Below, piece by piece: positions 10,901 through 23,971 of a DNA stretch of 64,000 nt. Under the pieces are notes generated by a model. The model saw only the letters and a program-made list of their open reading frames with translations. It was not told the origin of the DNA and ran no database searches. A program made the position numbers and the translations under genes. Each line of letters starts with the position of its first letter. The first letter of the stretch is position 1. The stretch covers positions 10,416,001 to 10,480,000 of the forward strand of contig OZ024761.1 of the NCBI GenBank assembly GCA_964016885.1, written 5' to 3'. The DNA comes from Eledone cirrhosa (taxonomy: Eukaryota).

Positions 10901-11581
10901 GTTAGTAATGTTGTTGTTGTTGTTGCACTGTTACAGTGTGTATGTGATAAAGTGGTTGGTAATAAGAAGGGCATCCAGCTGTAGTGTAGAAAACTTGTCT
11001 GATAAAGAGTCATGAGGACCCTCCAGTTGTGTCAAGGTCACAGCAACTTCCCTAGTGTTGGTGATCTACATGATAAATGCACCCAGTACACTCTGTAAAA
11101 TGGGTGGGAATAGGAAAGGCATCTAGCCATAGAAATCTTGTCAAACAAAGGTTTGAGAGGCCCCTTGGTTGTGTCAAAGGCATGACACCTCCTGAGCACT
11201 CAATCGAAGATTGAGACCTATCTATGATGCATGTTACTCCATGGTGTATGTTACGATCGACTTTATGATCACTAAGACCTACTTTATGATGTTTACTTTA
11301 TGGTGTGCACTGAGACTTGCTTTATGATATGCTCTGTTAACCACCTTATGATATGTTCTGTTACCTACCTTATGATATGTTCTGTTACCTACCTTATGAT
11401 GTATACTCAGTGTTGCTTTATGATATATGCTAAGAACCACTTAGTGATGTGCACTAAAACCTACTTTATAGTATGTGTTAAGAATTAGTATGTGTTAAGA
11501 ATTAGTATGTTAACAGAAGTTTGAGGTGTCATCTCAGTGAATGTTAGTTGACTGCATTGTCTTAACGTTTTGTAATTGCAG

Positions 11582-11764
11582 AGCACCCAGAGAGCCACGT
11601 CAACGAAAGCCCCGACAACCCAAGGATTCAAAGAGGAGACTCCGACTGGATGAGGATGATGGCCTGACAGCCAAGCAGAGACGTAAGGTTGTATCCAAGG
11701 CCCTTATTTCCTCGAGTGAGGGCAGTGATTCTGACGACGGAGAAAAACTACAGATTGATGAAAA
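11582..11764 (+). CDS. CTR9: CTR9 exon
   Basis: ttgcag acceptor, APREPRQRKP...VVSKALISSSEGSDSDDGEKLQIDE(K) (human: [22 protein letters not shown]); weak donor GTTAAT, phase 2 fits next exon. Confidence 0.85.
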
Positions 11765-11799
11765 GTTAATATTATTTTTTGTCTTCATTTATTGACTTA

Positions 11800-11802
<3 letters not shown>

Positions 11803-11836
<34 letters not shown>

Positions 11837-11867
11837 TCTCTCTCTCTCTCTCTCTCCATCTCTCCAT

Positions 11868-11906
<39 letters not shown>

Positions 11907-11966
11907 TCTCTCTCTCTCTCTCCATCTCTCTCTCTCTCTCTCTCTCCATCTCTCTCTCTCTCTCTC
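11803..11966. repeat. (TC)n microsatellite with CCATC interruptions
   Basis: Direct reading. Confidence 0.95.
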
Positions 11967-12028
11967 ATTGTCTTTCAATTGTGTTGCAAATGTTTAAATA
12001 TCCATCTATTTATATATATATATATATA

Positions 12029-12187
12029 CCGTATTTCCCAGCGCTGAAGACGCTTCATCCTCGAGGATGCACACCCTAATTTTGACAACCAAAAATTTGA
12101 AAAAAAAATAATAAACAACCCTGCATGGTAGATTTTTGAGACTTATTTTAGGAAAAAAAGTAGCATCTTCAACACCGGGAAATACTG
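12029..12187. mobile_element. pogo/Tc2-type MITE
   Basis: TA-CCGTATTTCCCAGCGCTGAAGACGC ... GCATCTTCAACACCGGGAAATACTG-TA. Confidence 0.75.
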
Positions 12188-12373
12188 TATATGTATGTGG
12201 TTGTGTATTTCTCTCTCTCTCTGTTCCTGTCCCTCCCTTCGAAGGTTTTGTGAACATTCTATTATTACCTCCCTTATATTAAACCAACACATACACTCAA
12301 TGGTTTGTGTGTGCTGTCCTTAATGGTTTTCTTAATGTAAACCCTTTGTGGTTAATAAAGAACTCATTCCTTC

Positions 12374-13018
12374 CCCAGTGCATTACTGGTACTTTATTTT
12401 ATCGACCCCGTAAAGATGAAAGGCCAAGGTCAGCTTTGCCTTTCATCCTTACGGGGTCGATAAAATAAAGTACCAGTAATGCAGTGGGGTTGGGTTTAAT
12501 TGACTTTCTCCATCCACCCAAATTGTTGGCCTTGTGCCTATTGACAGTATCGGTAGAGGGTCGGACATGCTTTCCAGCATAGTTTACGCCCCTTTATGGT
12601 CCGAGGTTAACTTTGTCATTCATCATTATAGGGTCGATAAAATAAAGTACCAGTCACGCACTGGGGTCGATTTAATCGACTTTCCCCTCCACAAAATCCG
12701 GTCTTGTGCCTATATACGAAACCATTATTATTATTATTAGGGCGGTGGATTGGCAGTATCGGTAGAGGATCGGACGCCATGCTTTGCGACAAAGAGCTAC
12801 GGCCCTTTATGGTCTGAGTTCAAATCCCGCCGAGTTTAACTTTGCCTTTCATCCTTACAGGGTCGATAAAATAAAGTACCAGTAATACACTGATATAATT
12901 GCTGGCCTTGTGCCAAAAGTAGAAATAATAATTATTATTGTATAAAGGGTGGTGAATTGGCAGAATCAGTAGAGTGTCTGACACCCTGCTTCGTGGCACA
13001 GAGTTACGGCCCTTTATG
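12374..13018 (+). mobile_element. Cluster of SINE family 1 copies and fragments (full copy 12740-12927)
   Basis: Four occurrences of the catcct..ggggtcgataaaataaagtaccag body, the first inverted. Confidence 0.9.
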
Positions 13019-13038
13019 CTCTTTATTATTATTTTCAG

Positions 13039-13549
13039 GAGAAACGCCAGTGATGACAGCAGCAGTGGCAGTGGAAGTGGACAGGAGACGAAGTCTAAAC
13101 GTATCCTGTCCTCTGGTAGTGACAGTGATGACGACAAACCATCAACCTCGAAAGGAGCCCGAGGTAGGGTCAGATCAGACAGTGATAGCGATGATGATGG
13201 CGGCGGCAGTGTAGGGAGGAGAGGAGCAAAAGGTGGCAGCAGTAGTAGTTCTGACAGTGATGGCAGCGGTGTTGGTGGACGACCACCGGTCCGTCGTCAG
13301 AAGAAGAGGAGGAGAGTGAGGAACAGTAGCAGCAGTAGTGGAAGTGGTGACGGCGGCGGAGGAGGGTCGTCTGGTGCTGAGAGTGGTGGTGGTGGCGGCA
13401 GTGACAGCGGTGGCGGAAGCCCTGTTCGAGGAGGAGACAGTGGCAGTGAAGCTGGAAGTGTTAGTCCATCAGGCGGCGGTGGTGGTGGTGGCGGCGGCGG
13501 CGGCGCTGCTAACAGCAAGGGAAGCAACTCTGATGATGACTCAGACTGA
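13039..13549 (+). CDS. CTR9: CTR9 last coding exon (Ser/Asp/Gly-rich tail)
   Basis: tttcag acceptor, RNASDDSSSGSG...NSDDDSD then TGA; CTR9 orthologues end in a similar SDDSD. Confidence 0.88.
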
Positions 13550-14616
13550 ATTAGTTTATTCTAAATCCCTCCCACCTCTTCTCCATACTAAACATTGCCA
13601 ACTCCTCCCCCTCCCCTCCCTTCACTATCTTTATCTACTCAGACTCTGTAAAAACGACACCTCATTTACCTTCCACTATATTTCCATAAACAATTGTGTA
13701 AATCTGCCCACCCCTCTCTTCCCATTCCTTAAACAAATCAAATTGGGTTGGGCAGGCAATCATAACCTCTCTCTCAATTTCTCCCAGGTCCATACACACA
13801 CCCTTTTGTCCATGAAGATTTTCTGCAAGTGTATATGTATGTGTCTGTATATATATATATGTGTGTGTGTGTATACCATTTTCTGAGTATGGGGTTGTAA
13901 TCACTAAAGAATGAGCCGTCAATATGTAAACATAGAGTTGAATATTTTGTGTGTGAAATACATGGTATACATCTCCATGGGTACTCAGAATTTCCCGAAC
14001 CAAGCTGATGTTAGTGCCACTTGAGGAAACTCCAAGTACCTAGTAAGGTATATGTCAGTTTGCCTTGTGTTTTACCTATTATAATATATATATGTGTGTG
14101 TGTGTGTATATATGTACATACATACATGCTCAGACATATATGTATTTGCACACAAACTTTCACAGAAATACATGTCCATACATACACACAAACACACATG
14201 TATATGCACACATGCTCTCAAAGAAATATATGTTATACAGGTTACAAACATCTGATAATAGACCACTGTGTATAGAATAGATAATATATTTTACCTGATA
14301 GTAACAGCAATTAAACAGCTCACAAGTTGTGTGCAGCCATTGGGTGATATTTGTATTGCAAGTAGCTGCCATTCAAAAGAACCTGCATTGAAGCAGCTTA
14401 GTTTAAGCTAACACATTTCAAAAGTTAAACATTTTCTCAGCGCTTCTTCAATGTGAGTGAATATTTACATGCACTGGCCAATAGATATGGCTTAAAAATG
14501 ATAATTAAGTGGCCAGTGTGACTTTGGTGTAATTTTAGCAAAGCCATTAGGCATATGTTGCTTCCTACAGATGATACAATCTACATTTTCTGTCTCTGGG
14601 AGATTACATGCCTAAT

Positions 14617-14787
14617 TCGGGTAGAGGGTCGGACGCCATGCTTTGACGCATAGAGTTCCGGCCCTTGCCATTCTGAGTTCAAATTCCGCCGAGGTTAACT
14701 TTGCCTTTCATCCTTACGGGGTCGATAAAATAAAGTACCAGTAATGTACTGGGTAATTGGTGGCCTTGTGTCAATAGTAGAAACAAT
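14617..14787 (+). mobile_element. SINE family 1
   Basis: Reverse-complement match to 3951-4135. Confidence 0.88.
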
Positions 14788-14895
14788 TATATGTCCATTT
14801 TCTTTGTTTTCATAGTAAAAAAAAATTACTTAAAGCAGTTTGCTTTAAGCTAACAATTTCATATATATCTGTGTATAGAGATGAATATGTGTGTG

Positions 14896-14942
<47 letters not shown>

Positions 14943-14952
14943 GTGTGTGTAT

Positions 14953-15725
14953 ATCATCATCATCATTCGTCGACTACTGTCGAGATGATGGATCTCACTC
15001 TCATGCCCCAGAATTCCCTGTTCCCCCATCGCTGCCCCCAGGTCCTGTCTACTGATTCCCGTATCCCTAGAGATAACGTCAGGGAATGACAGCTTCCTAC
15101 TCCTAGTCAGGCTGGAGTCAGGGTTCCAGAGCAATAGAGCAGATACGATTTCATTGCTGGCACGGTGACAGTGGCCAGCAAATTGAGCTCTCCGGGATTT
15201 TAGAAGGGCAGAGGCTCGAGGGAGTTTGCCATAGATTTTAGACAAGGTGGGATGTCATTTCCAGGATAGGTTTTGCACTCTCATTAAGAGGCGGGTATAT
15301 GTGCCATCCAATCTCCTCTCAAGTTGTGATGTTAGTGTCCAAGTTTCGGATCCATAAAGTAATATGGGCTTAATGGTTGCTTGGAATATTTCCAGTTTTA
15401 GCTTTTTGGTAAGTTGAGATGTCCATATGGCGTGCATGTCATTGCACGCTGACCATGCCATACCCTTTCTGGTTAGAAAATCTTTTTTGGAGGAGGAGAT
15501 ATATGAGCCAAGATACTTGTAATCTTCCACCTGCTTAAGGGTGGTACCATTAAGGGTCCTGATGGGGTAGTTTGGGCTGTTTGCGCATCTGTTCACATAC
15601 TCAGTCTTGGATTCGTTGAGGTACAGTCCAACACAGTTGGACGCTTGCTCTAATGACTTCAAAAGACTCAGCATTTTCCAGTGTCCGACTGATCAATGCG
15701 ATGTCGTCAGCAAAGTCGGTGTCGG
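14953..15725 (-). mobile_element. 5'-truncated RTE-clade LINE (frameshifted RT C-terminus)
   Basis: DFADDIAL, GLYLNESKT, YKYLGS, LLYGSETW motifs; (TGA)n tail. Confidence 0.88.
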
Positions 15726-15900
15726 TACAAGTATTTTGCTGGGTAGCCTGAGCTTCTCCTAGGCTGTAGTGTTTATATATATATACAGAGAGGTAGATAG
15801 TGTGTGTATGTATAAGCAAATATTTGTGTGAGATTATGTGTATGCATGTGTCAGTTCTCATACATGAACTTTATGAAATATTACTTAGATGTATATTTAA

Positions 15901-16120
15901 CCCTTTAGCATTTACATTAGTCTATATATACTATTGTATTTTCACAGTAATGGCTTTACCTCTCATAGTTATTTTACATAATATCGAATCGTGAGATTTT
16001 GATATTATTTATTTTGAGAACAATACCTTAACATCAGTATGAGTGGCTGATTAGAGCCGGTTTGAACAAAAAGGGGTGAGGGAATTCTGGCCAGATATAG
16101 CCGGTTTAAATGCTAAAGGG
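15901..16120 (+). mobile_element. piggyBac-type MITE family A
   Basis: TTAA TSD, ccctttagcattta TIR. Confidence 0.92.
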
Positions 16121-16499
16121 TTAACATGCACATACACACATGTAAATATATATTATCTCATATACTGTATCACACACACATACAAGCACAAATATATCCT
16201 GATATATATATTTTATTTTTCAATATTCATTTTACCGAAATTAAAATTGGATGAATTTTTTAAGCAAACGTTCATATTTTACATGTATATATATGTATGT
16301 ATGTATATATATATATATATATGTATGTATATATATATATATATAAGAAAAGAGTCAGCACCCAGACGGATGAGCTCCAGCCGTTTCGACAGCTAGTTCG
16401 GATCTAGCTGACTCTTTTCCTATTACCCACTCTACTACCCTAAGTATTGAGTACTCTGGTGCATTATGGTCCACCTGGTATCTTACCACACCCTCTTTG

Positions 16500-16559
<60 letters not shown>

Positions 16560-16904
16560 CAAAGAGGGTGTTATATATATATAGAGAGAGAGATAGATAT
16601 ATATGTACATGGCGCAAATGTAAGTTGTGTATGTTTATATTAAGGCATTGTGTGTGTAAATGAAGGTGGGGGTGAGGTGTAAGGTGCTGTATTAATCTCT
16701 CCTTTCTCCATGAAACAATGACCTGCCCAACCACACTGACACAACACCACCCACCCAACTCCTCTATTTGAACATTTTAAACAAATTCCATTTATATTCA
16801 ATAAATTTGAAGATGAAAACAATTACTAAAAATATTTGAGTTTGTTTTACATTTAATCTACTGGAGCTGTGTGTGTTGATGGTATATATATATATATATA
16901 TATA

Positions 16905-17301
16905 TCATCATCATTTTCATTTCATTTCATTTTACGTCCCCTTTTCCCTGCTTGCAAGGGTGGGACGGGAACTGATTCTGGCTTGATTTCTACAGCTGGA
17001 TGCCCTTCCTAACACCAACCTCATTTACAGTGAGTGCTGGGTGCTTTTTTTCCATGGCGCCTACACGTCCACTTTACAGTGTGGGCTGGGTGCTTTTTTG
17101 CCGTGGCACCTCCACAACCACTTTGCAGTGGAATGATAGGGACCCCAGTCCCTATCATCTCATTTCTACAGCCTAGTAAGCTGGAGCAATGTGAAATAAA
17201 GTGTCTTGCTCAAGGAAACAACACATCACCCAGTCTGAGAATTGAACTCACAACCTTTCGATTGCAAGGCCAATGCTCTAACCACTAAGCCATGTGCCTC
17301 C
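16905..17301 (-). mobile_element. Full-length SINE family 2 with RTE-A tail
   Basis: tRNA head + CORE-like + module shared with RTE-B 3' UTR + cccgtcccacccttgcaagcaggg tail + (TGA)n. Confidence 0.9.
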
Positions 17302-17754
17302 ATATATATACACACATACACACACACACACACTCTTTTTATACAGTTTTATCAACATTAATGAATCACTCCACCAAAATCATGGTGTTCAAAGCTACTG
17401 TGGAATCAATCCTTTATGGCTCAAGAGTCATGGACCCTGACATCTGTACTAACAAAGAAGTTGGATGGTAACTACACCCATCTCTTGTGAATCACACACA
17501 ACTAACAAGATATATGGCTATCTCCTGAAGATTTCAACTGTCATAAGAGAGCATTGTCTAGCTCTTGCTTGTCATGTAATAAGACAAAGTGAAGCTGCTG
17601 TGAGAGTTATATTGTTTCCTGTATGTCACTCGTAGACCCCTTGAAGAAGATGACGGACTTCATAGTAGTATCTTGATGAATGCGATACAAGACTGAGATA
17701 CATGGAGGAACCTCATAGTGTCACCAATTGGAGTTCGACGACATTACTAATAAT

Positions 17755-18095
17755 AATATGGGATATGCCAATACATTACAGACAGAGAGATCATAGCCAA
17801 CCGACCAGATATAATCAAACATCACAAAGAAAAAAATAATGCTTTTTAATAGATGTATCAATCCTCACAGACAACAATATATCTTCCAAGGAAATAGAGA
17901 AACTCTCCAAATGTAAAGATATAGAGATAGAAATAACTCAAATGTGGAAAATGTGAACAAACAATACCTATTATTATAGGTGCCCTGGGAATGATAAAAA
18001 AAACACACAGACAGATGCATAACCAAAACCCCAGGACTTAGAAATATATACAACATACAAAAGGCACTGCATACATGAAAAATACTATCAATACA
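17755..18095 (+). mobile_element. Decayed non-LTR retrotransposon 3' end with restriction-like endonuclease (R4/Dong/NeSL type)
   Basis: Frameshifted IWDMPIH-TDREIIANRPDII...FLIDVSILTDNNISSKEIEKLSKCKDIEIEITQMW...IPIIIGALG. Confidence 0.8.
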
Positions 18096-18424
18096 ATAGA
18101 AACAGCATCAGCAAAAGCTACACTGCTCATACACAAGGCAGTAAAGCAGTAATGAAATGCAATAAAAATAATGGAAATTATAATACGATCATCGTAGCAG
18201 CTGGTTGTTTTACAGCTATTTCTGAATTTGAGATTCCTACAAATTTACAAAATAATAATAATATATTTATATGAGACTATATTTCATGGTCAAACAATGT
18301 TGATGCTTTTTACAAATTTTCAAACTTCCGAAATAATTTATTAACATTATGTATGTATGTACATACTCCAGTTTTCGAAATCTCCCTTAAATATATATTT
18401 CATCTCAATAATCGTAATCTACAT

Positions 18425-18947
18425 ATTTTAATAAAATAGATGGTAGCTACGGAGTAGGCAGACCCAGAAAAACCTGGGACGATTTGATAAATTCCGACCT
18501 TACACACTTACACCTCTCCAAGACAATGTCACTGGACCAGATCTTTGGCGCTACACAGTAATACAGAAGACCCACCTTGCCTAAGTACAAAGCGAAACCT
18601 ACAGTCCGTAGGCACCTCTTAACCAAAAATACACCCCATCCCACTACCCCTACATCACCCCTTTCGCTGTAAAGTTATGTTGGAACCACAACATCCAGTC
18701 CTAAATAAATGAGGTCACGACAAAAAAAAAACACAGTCCACGCTGTAATGTGGCGATGTAGGTAACAGTAAAAACTTCCCAGTTCCACACTGTAAACGTG
18801 GTTGGTGTTAGGAAGGGCATCCAGTCGTAGAAAACCTGCCAGACAGTCCTATACGAGCGAGACAACCAATCTTGCCTCAAGTGGGACAATTGCCGTCTAA
18901 ACCCATGCTAGCGTGGAAGATAGACGTTAAACAATGATGATGATGAT
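18425..18947 (+). mobile_element. RTE LINE family C, 3' end
   Basis: GVGRPRKTWDDLINSDL; reverse complement of 21248-21800; (TGA)n tail. Confidence 0.88.
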
Positions 18948-20084
18948 CCCTACAAAATTTCATTAAAAAACATGCATTATCAAGGAAGTTATTAACAAAT
19001 TAAATTGCCGGTGACGGGAGGTAATTTTATAAATGTTTGTGGTCAAAGCGAAAAATTAGTCTCGTCACAGTTAATTCCCTTTGTCCCCCCCCCCCCAAAA
19101 AAAAAACTCTAGCCAACCACCCGATCATTTCACGAAACGTTCAACTATCAAGCCAGTACTACCGTTCAACGTGATAGTCAGTAGACAAACCGTTCAAACT
19201 GACAGCCAGTACCACTATCATGTTGAACGTTCCATATATATATAGGTAATACGAAATTATTACACGGGAGATATAATTAAGTTAGCTTTGTTTTCAGAGT
19301 AACGGTGTATGTCTCGACAAAAGAACATTTCCCTTGGCTTGTATAGATCCTCCGAGGGCTGACAATCAGTGAGAGTCTAGCGTTGACCAACTTGTGTATA
19401 TATGTCTATCTAAAACTACATCTTCGAATGTGTCTTTCATTCTTTTAAAATGTGGCCAGCGATAAATATTTGGCTGCTATTTGTAGCAGGTTGGGCAATA
19501 ATTCTAATGTCACTTTTGTGTGAAAATCTAGTAAGTAGTATATTCTCTTTAGAATATTTTTCATTTAAACATTTATCGTTGTTGGGGCTTGTTTAAGACG
19601 TCAGCACCTCTTCCTCCTTCACATGACGATCAACGCATGTGAGTCCTCTGTTTTCCCCCTTCCAATGAACCCACAACCATAGGAATCTCCTTACTTGCAG
19701 TTCCTTAAAAGGGTCGCTCGCCATGCTTTGCAGCATAGAGTTATGGCTCTTTAGGATCTGAGTTTATATCCCGATGTGTATATATATGTATGTATGTATA
19801 TTGTATGTGTGTATGTATATATATATTATGTATGTATGTATATATATATTATGTATGTATGTATATATATATTATGTATGTATGTATATATATATTATGT
19901 ATGTATGTATATATATATTATGTATATATGTATATATATATATGTATATATATATATGTATGTGTATGTATGTATAAGTAAGTATGTATGTATATGTATA
20001 TATAACTATGTATATATATATGTATGTATAAGTAAGTATGTATGTATATGTATATATAACTATGTATATATATATATGTATGTA

Positions 20085-20848
20085 TCATCATCATCATCCT
20101 TTTACGTCCACTTTTCCCTGCTTGCAAGGGTGGGACGGGTCTTATTCAGCACAGCATCTCTCCACTCGTCACGGTCCTTCGTCATCTCCACCGTGAGCTT
20201 CAATGATCTGAGGTCTGTTCTCACCACCTCCGCCCATGTTTTTCGTGGTCTACCTCTACCACGTCTTCCTTCAACTGGCACTTCTTCACCCATCGGTCAT
20301 GCTCCATGCGCATCACATGTCCATACCACCTCAGTCTCCTCTCCCGTACACTACATTCTATCCCTCTCAGACACAGTTTCTCTCTCAACACATTTATGCT
20401 GGGTCGTTCACGCACATTTACACTGCACATCCAACGGAGCATGCTTGCCTCATTTCTCTCCAGCCGTCGCATATCCTCTGCAGCTGCTGCCCATGTCTCA
20501 CTACCATGCAGCATCGCGCTCCTCACACAGGCATCATACAACCGGCCTTTCGTACGCAGGGAGAAACCCTTCTTCGTCAACAGAGGAAGCAGCTCCCTAA
20601 ACTTCTTCCAACCCGTCCTTATTCTAGATACTATGGCCGAGGAACACCCCCCTCCCATGCTAATCTGATCTCCTAGCTACCGGAAGCTATCCACCACTTC
20701 TATAGCGCCCTCCTGCATCTGAAAAATGTGTCTATCAATGCGACTTCTACTGTCTAATTTCCCTGTACATCTACTGCATACATATTTCTCCCTACCTGTT
20801 AATTTGTCTGCTATCCCGCTACATCTCTTGTGTACCCAGGATCTGCAT
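20085..20848 (-). mobile_element. RTE LINE family A, 5'-truncated, between (TA/TG) microsatellites
   Basis: [46 protein letters not shown]; (TGA)n tail. Confidence 0.92.
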
Positions 20849-21183
20849 TGTATATATATAAATTGTATATATATAAATAAATATGTATGTATATAAATAT
20901 ATATGTATGTATATAAATATATATGTATGTATATATATAAATCTATATGTATGTATATATATAAATATATATGTATGTATATATATAAATATATATGTAT
21001 GTATATATATAAATATATATGTATGTGTATGTGTATATATATAAATATATATGTATGTATATATATAAATATATATATAAATATATATGTATGTGTATAT
21101 ATATAAATATATATGTATGTGTATATATATAAATATATATGTATGTATATATATATAAATATATGTGTGTATATATATATAAA

Positions 21184-21225
<42 letters not shown>

Positions 21226-21247
21226 AATATATGTATGTATATATATA

Positions 21248-23971
21248 TCATCATCATCTTCGTTTAACATCCATCTTCCACGCTAGCATGGGTAAGACGG
21301 GAGTTGTCCCACTTGAGGCAAGGTTGGTCGGGTGACCGTGTCTCGCTCATATAGGACTATCTGGCAGGTTTTCTACACCTGGATGCCCTTCCTAACACCA
21401 ACCACATTTACCTGTGTGGACTGGGAGCCTTTTTACGGTGTCTCCTACACGGCCACATTACAGCGTGGACTGTGTTGTTTTTTTTGTCATGACACCTACA
21501 CGATCTCAATCTCATTTATTTGGACTGGATGTTGTGGTACCAACTTTACAGAGAGAGAGTTGTGTTAGTGGGAGTGGGAGGATAGGGTAAGAGTAGTGGA
21601 TTGGGGTGTATATTTGGTTAAGAGGTGCCTACTGACCGTAGGTTTCACTTTGTACATAGGCAAAGCAGGTCTTCTGTATTACTGCGTAGTGCCAAAGATC
21701 TCGGTCCAGTGACATTGTCTTAGAGAGGTGCAAGTGTGTAAGGTCGGAATTTATCAAATGATCCCAGGTTTTTCGGGGTCTACCGACTCCGTAACTACTT
21801 TCAATTTTGATCACCCTGCACTTTTATATACAGCTGACGTCTTTTATGCACATCAAGTGACCATACCAACGTAGTCTTCTCTCAAGTAAACAGCATCTGA
21901 TCCCTCTTATTCCTAATTTCTCACTTAGTTCATTTATGCTTTGTCGTTCACATATATTATTATTACACATCCAACTGAGCATGCATGCTTCGTTCCTTTC
22001 CAGTCTGTGCAGGTCCTCTGCACGTAATGCCCATGTCTCACTACCATGTAGCATTGCTGTTCGAATGCAGGCATCATACTGTCTGCCTTTCATTTTTAGA
22101 GAGAAACCTTTTGTGGTCAACAACGGTATAAGATCTCTGAACTTTTTCCATCCCGTTCTGACTCTGGCTACTGTACTTTCAGAGCACCCTCCACCACTGC
22201 TGATTTTGTCCCCCAGGTAACGGAAAGTGTCCAATATTTCTATAGAACCCTCTGGGCAATAGAAGGAGCTAGTACTCTGGGCACTTGCTACTTATTGCAC
22301 CTGAGCATCGGCCACATATAAAATCTACGTTCTTAGATAGTTTACCTGTGATCCCACTACATCTTTTATGTACCCATAGTTTTCATTTGGGACATAAAAT
22401 GGAATTTCTGCCTACTCCTTTTCTACACACTGAGCATGGCCATTTCACTGAGGGCACCTGTGCCCTATTTTCTTCAAGGCCTTTTGATTCTAGGCCATGC
22501 TTCCAATTTGGAATTTCTTCTCTAGTTCAGCCATAGATTCAGCTATGAGAGTTAGATCATCTGCGTATAGGAGTTCCCATGGGCAACCAGTCTTAAACTC
22601 CTCTGTTATAGCCTGAAGCGCAATAATAAATAGGAGGGGGCTAAAGACAGAGCCTTGATGAACACCAACTTTTACACTAAATTCTTCACAATATTCATTG
22701 TTAATTCTAACCTTACTGACTGTTTCATTATACATAGCTTGTATAGCTCTCACAAGCCATTCATCTACACCTAGTTTTCTAAGAGCCCACCAGATAATGG
22801 AGCGGGGGACTCTATCAAAGGCTTTCTCCAGGTCTACAAAAGCTAAGTAGAGGGGTTTACTTTTAGCTAGGTACTTCTCCTGTAGTTGTCGTAGAAGGAA
22901 ATGAGCATCTGTGGTACTTTTACCTGACACAAACCCACACTACATTTCATCTAGATCAATTCGCTCTCTGATTAGTTGCGCTATAACTCTTTCTGTGACC
23001 TTCATGACCTGGTCAACCTGGTCAACTAACTTAATGCCTCTATAGTTTCCCCTATCTAGAGCATCCTCTTTACCCTTGTAGCAGTTAATGATGATGCTGC
23101 TACCCCATTCTGTATTACTTGGTTAACTATACGGGTGACCATAGTATATCCCACCATTCCAGATGCCTTCAACATCTCAGCAACTATCTCCGAAGGCCTA
23201 GCTGCCTTGCCTGTCTTCATATCTTTGATTGCCTTACTTATTATACTACCTTTAACTTGCACCACTGGTCCTTCTATTGGATCGATTTGGGGCAGACTAT
23301 CTTTTTCCCATTTATTCTCCTCATTTAATAGTCTCTCGTAGTGACACTTCCAAGCTATCTTCTTATCAGTATTAGTGAGGGGAAGTACACCGTTATCATT
23401 ACGGACATACTTCTCCCCGACAATATCAGTTTTCCTTGACACATTGTCTAGCAATCCTGAACACCCCACGTTGTAGAACATGCTTGAAGTTTCTATCCTC
23501 CGCTTCCGTTTTTGCAAGGTACACTTGTCTCTTAGCTTCTCTCCTGGCCACTTGATAGTGTTCTCTACTTCCCCCATCCTGCCATACTTTCCAAGCCTGC
23601 TTTTTGGCCTTGATTGACTCCTCCACCTTACTGTTCCACCACCAAGTTACTCTCCTGCTGCTTATAGGTCTGCTCCAGCCACAGATTTCATCCGTTGCTT
23701 TCAGCAGGTTCACTTTCAAGAATTCCCACTGTTCCTCTATATTGCACGTCTCTAATTGCTCTTCCTTATTGTCAAAGGCATCAAGTAATAAGCTTTTAAA
23801 TTTGTCACTGGCTATGGGGTCCTTTAACTTCCATATTCTTCTCCTCAAGGTAGGCCTCCTCTGTCGTTGAGTACGTCTATTCCTGCCTATGAGTTCACTA
23901 ACTACTAGACTACGTTTGGAGGTGCATTCTTCACGAAGGAGGGATTTAGTGTTTACAACAGACACTTTGTC
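21248..23971 (-). mobile_element. RTE LINE family C, 3' part (multiple frameshifts)
   Basis: AFVDLEKAFDRV, GVHQGSV, LLYADDL motifs; (TGA)n tail at 21248. Confidence 0.93.

Noticed and set aside
11691-11700. U12-type donor GTATCC
   Set aside because: Lacks the TT of GTATCCTT and lies within the conserved SKALISSS coding segment.
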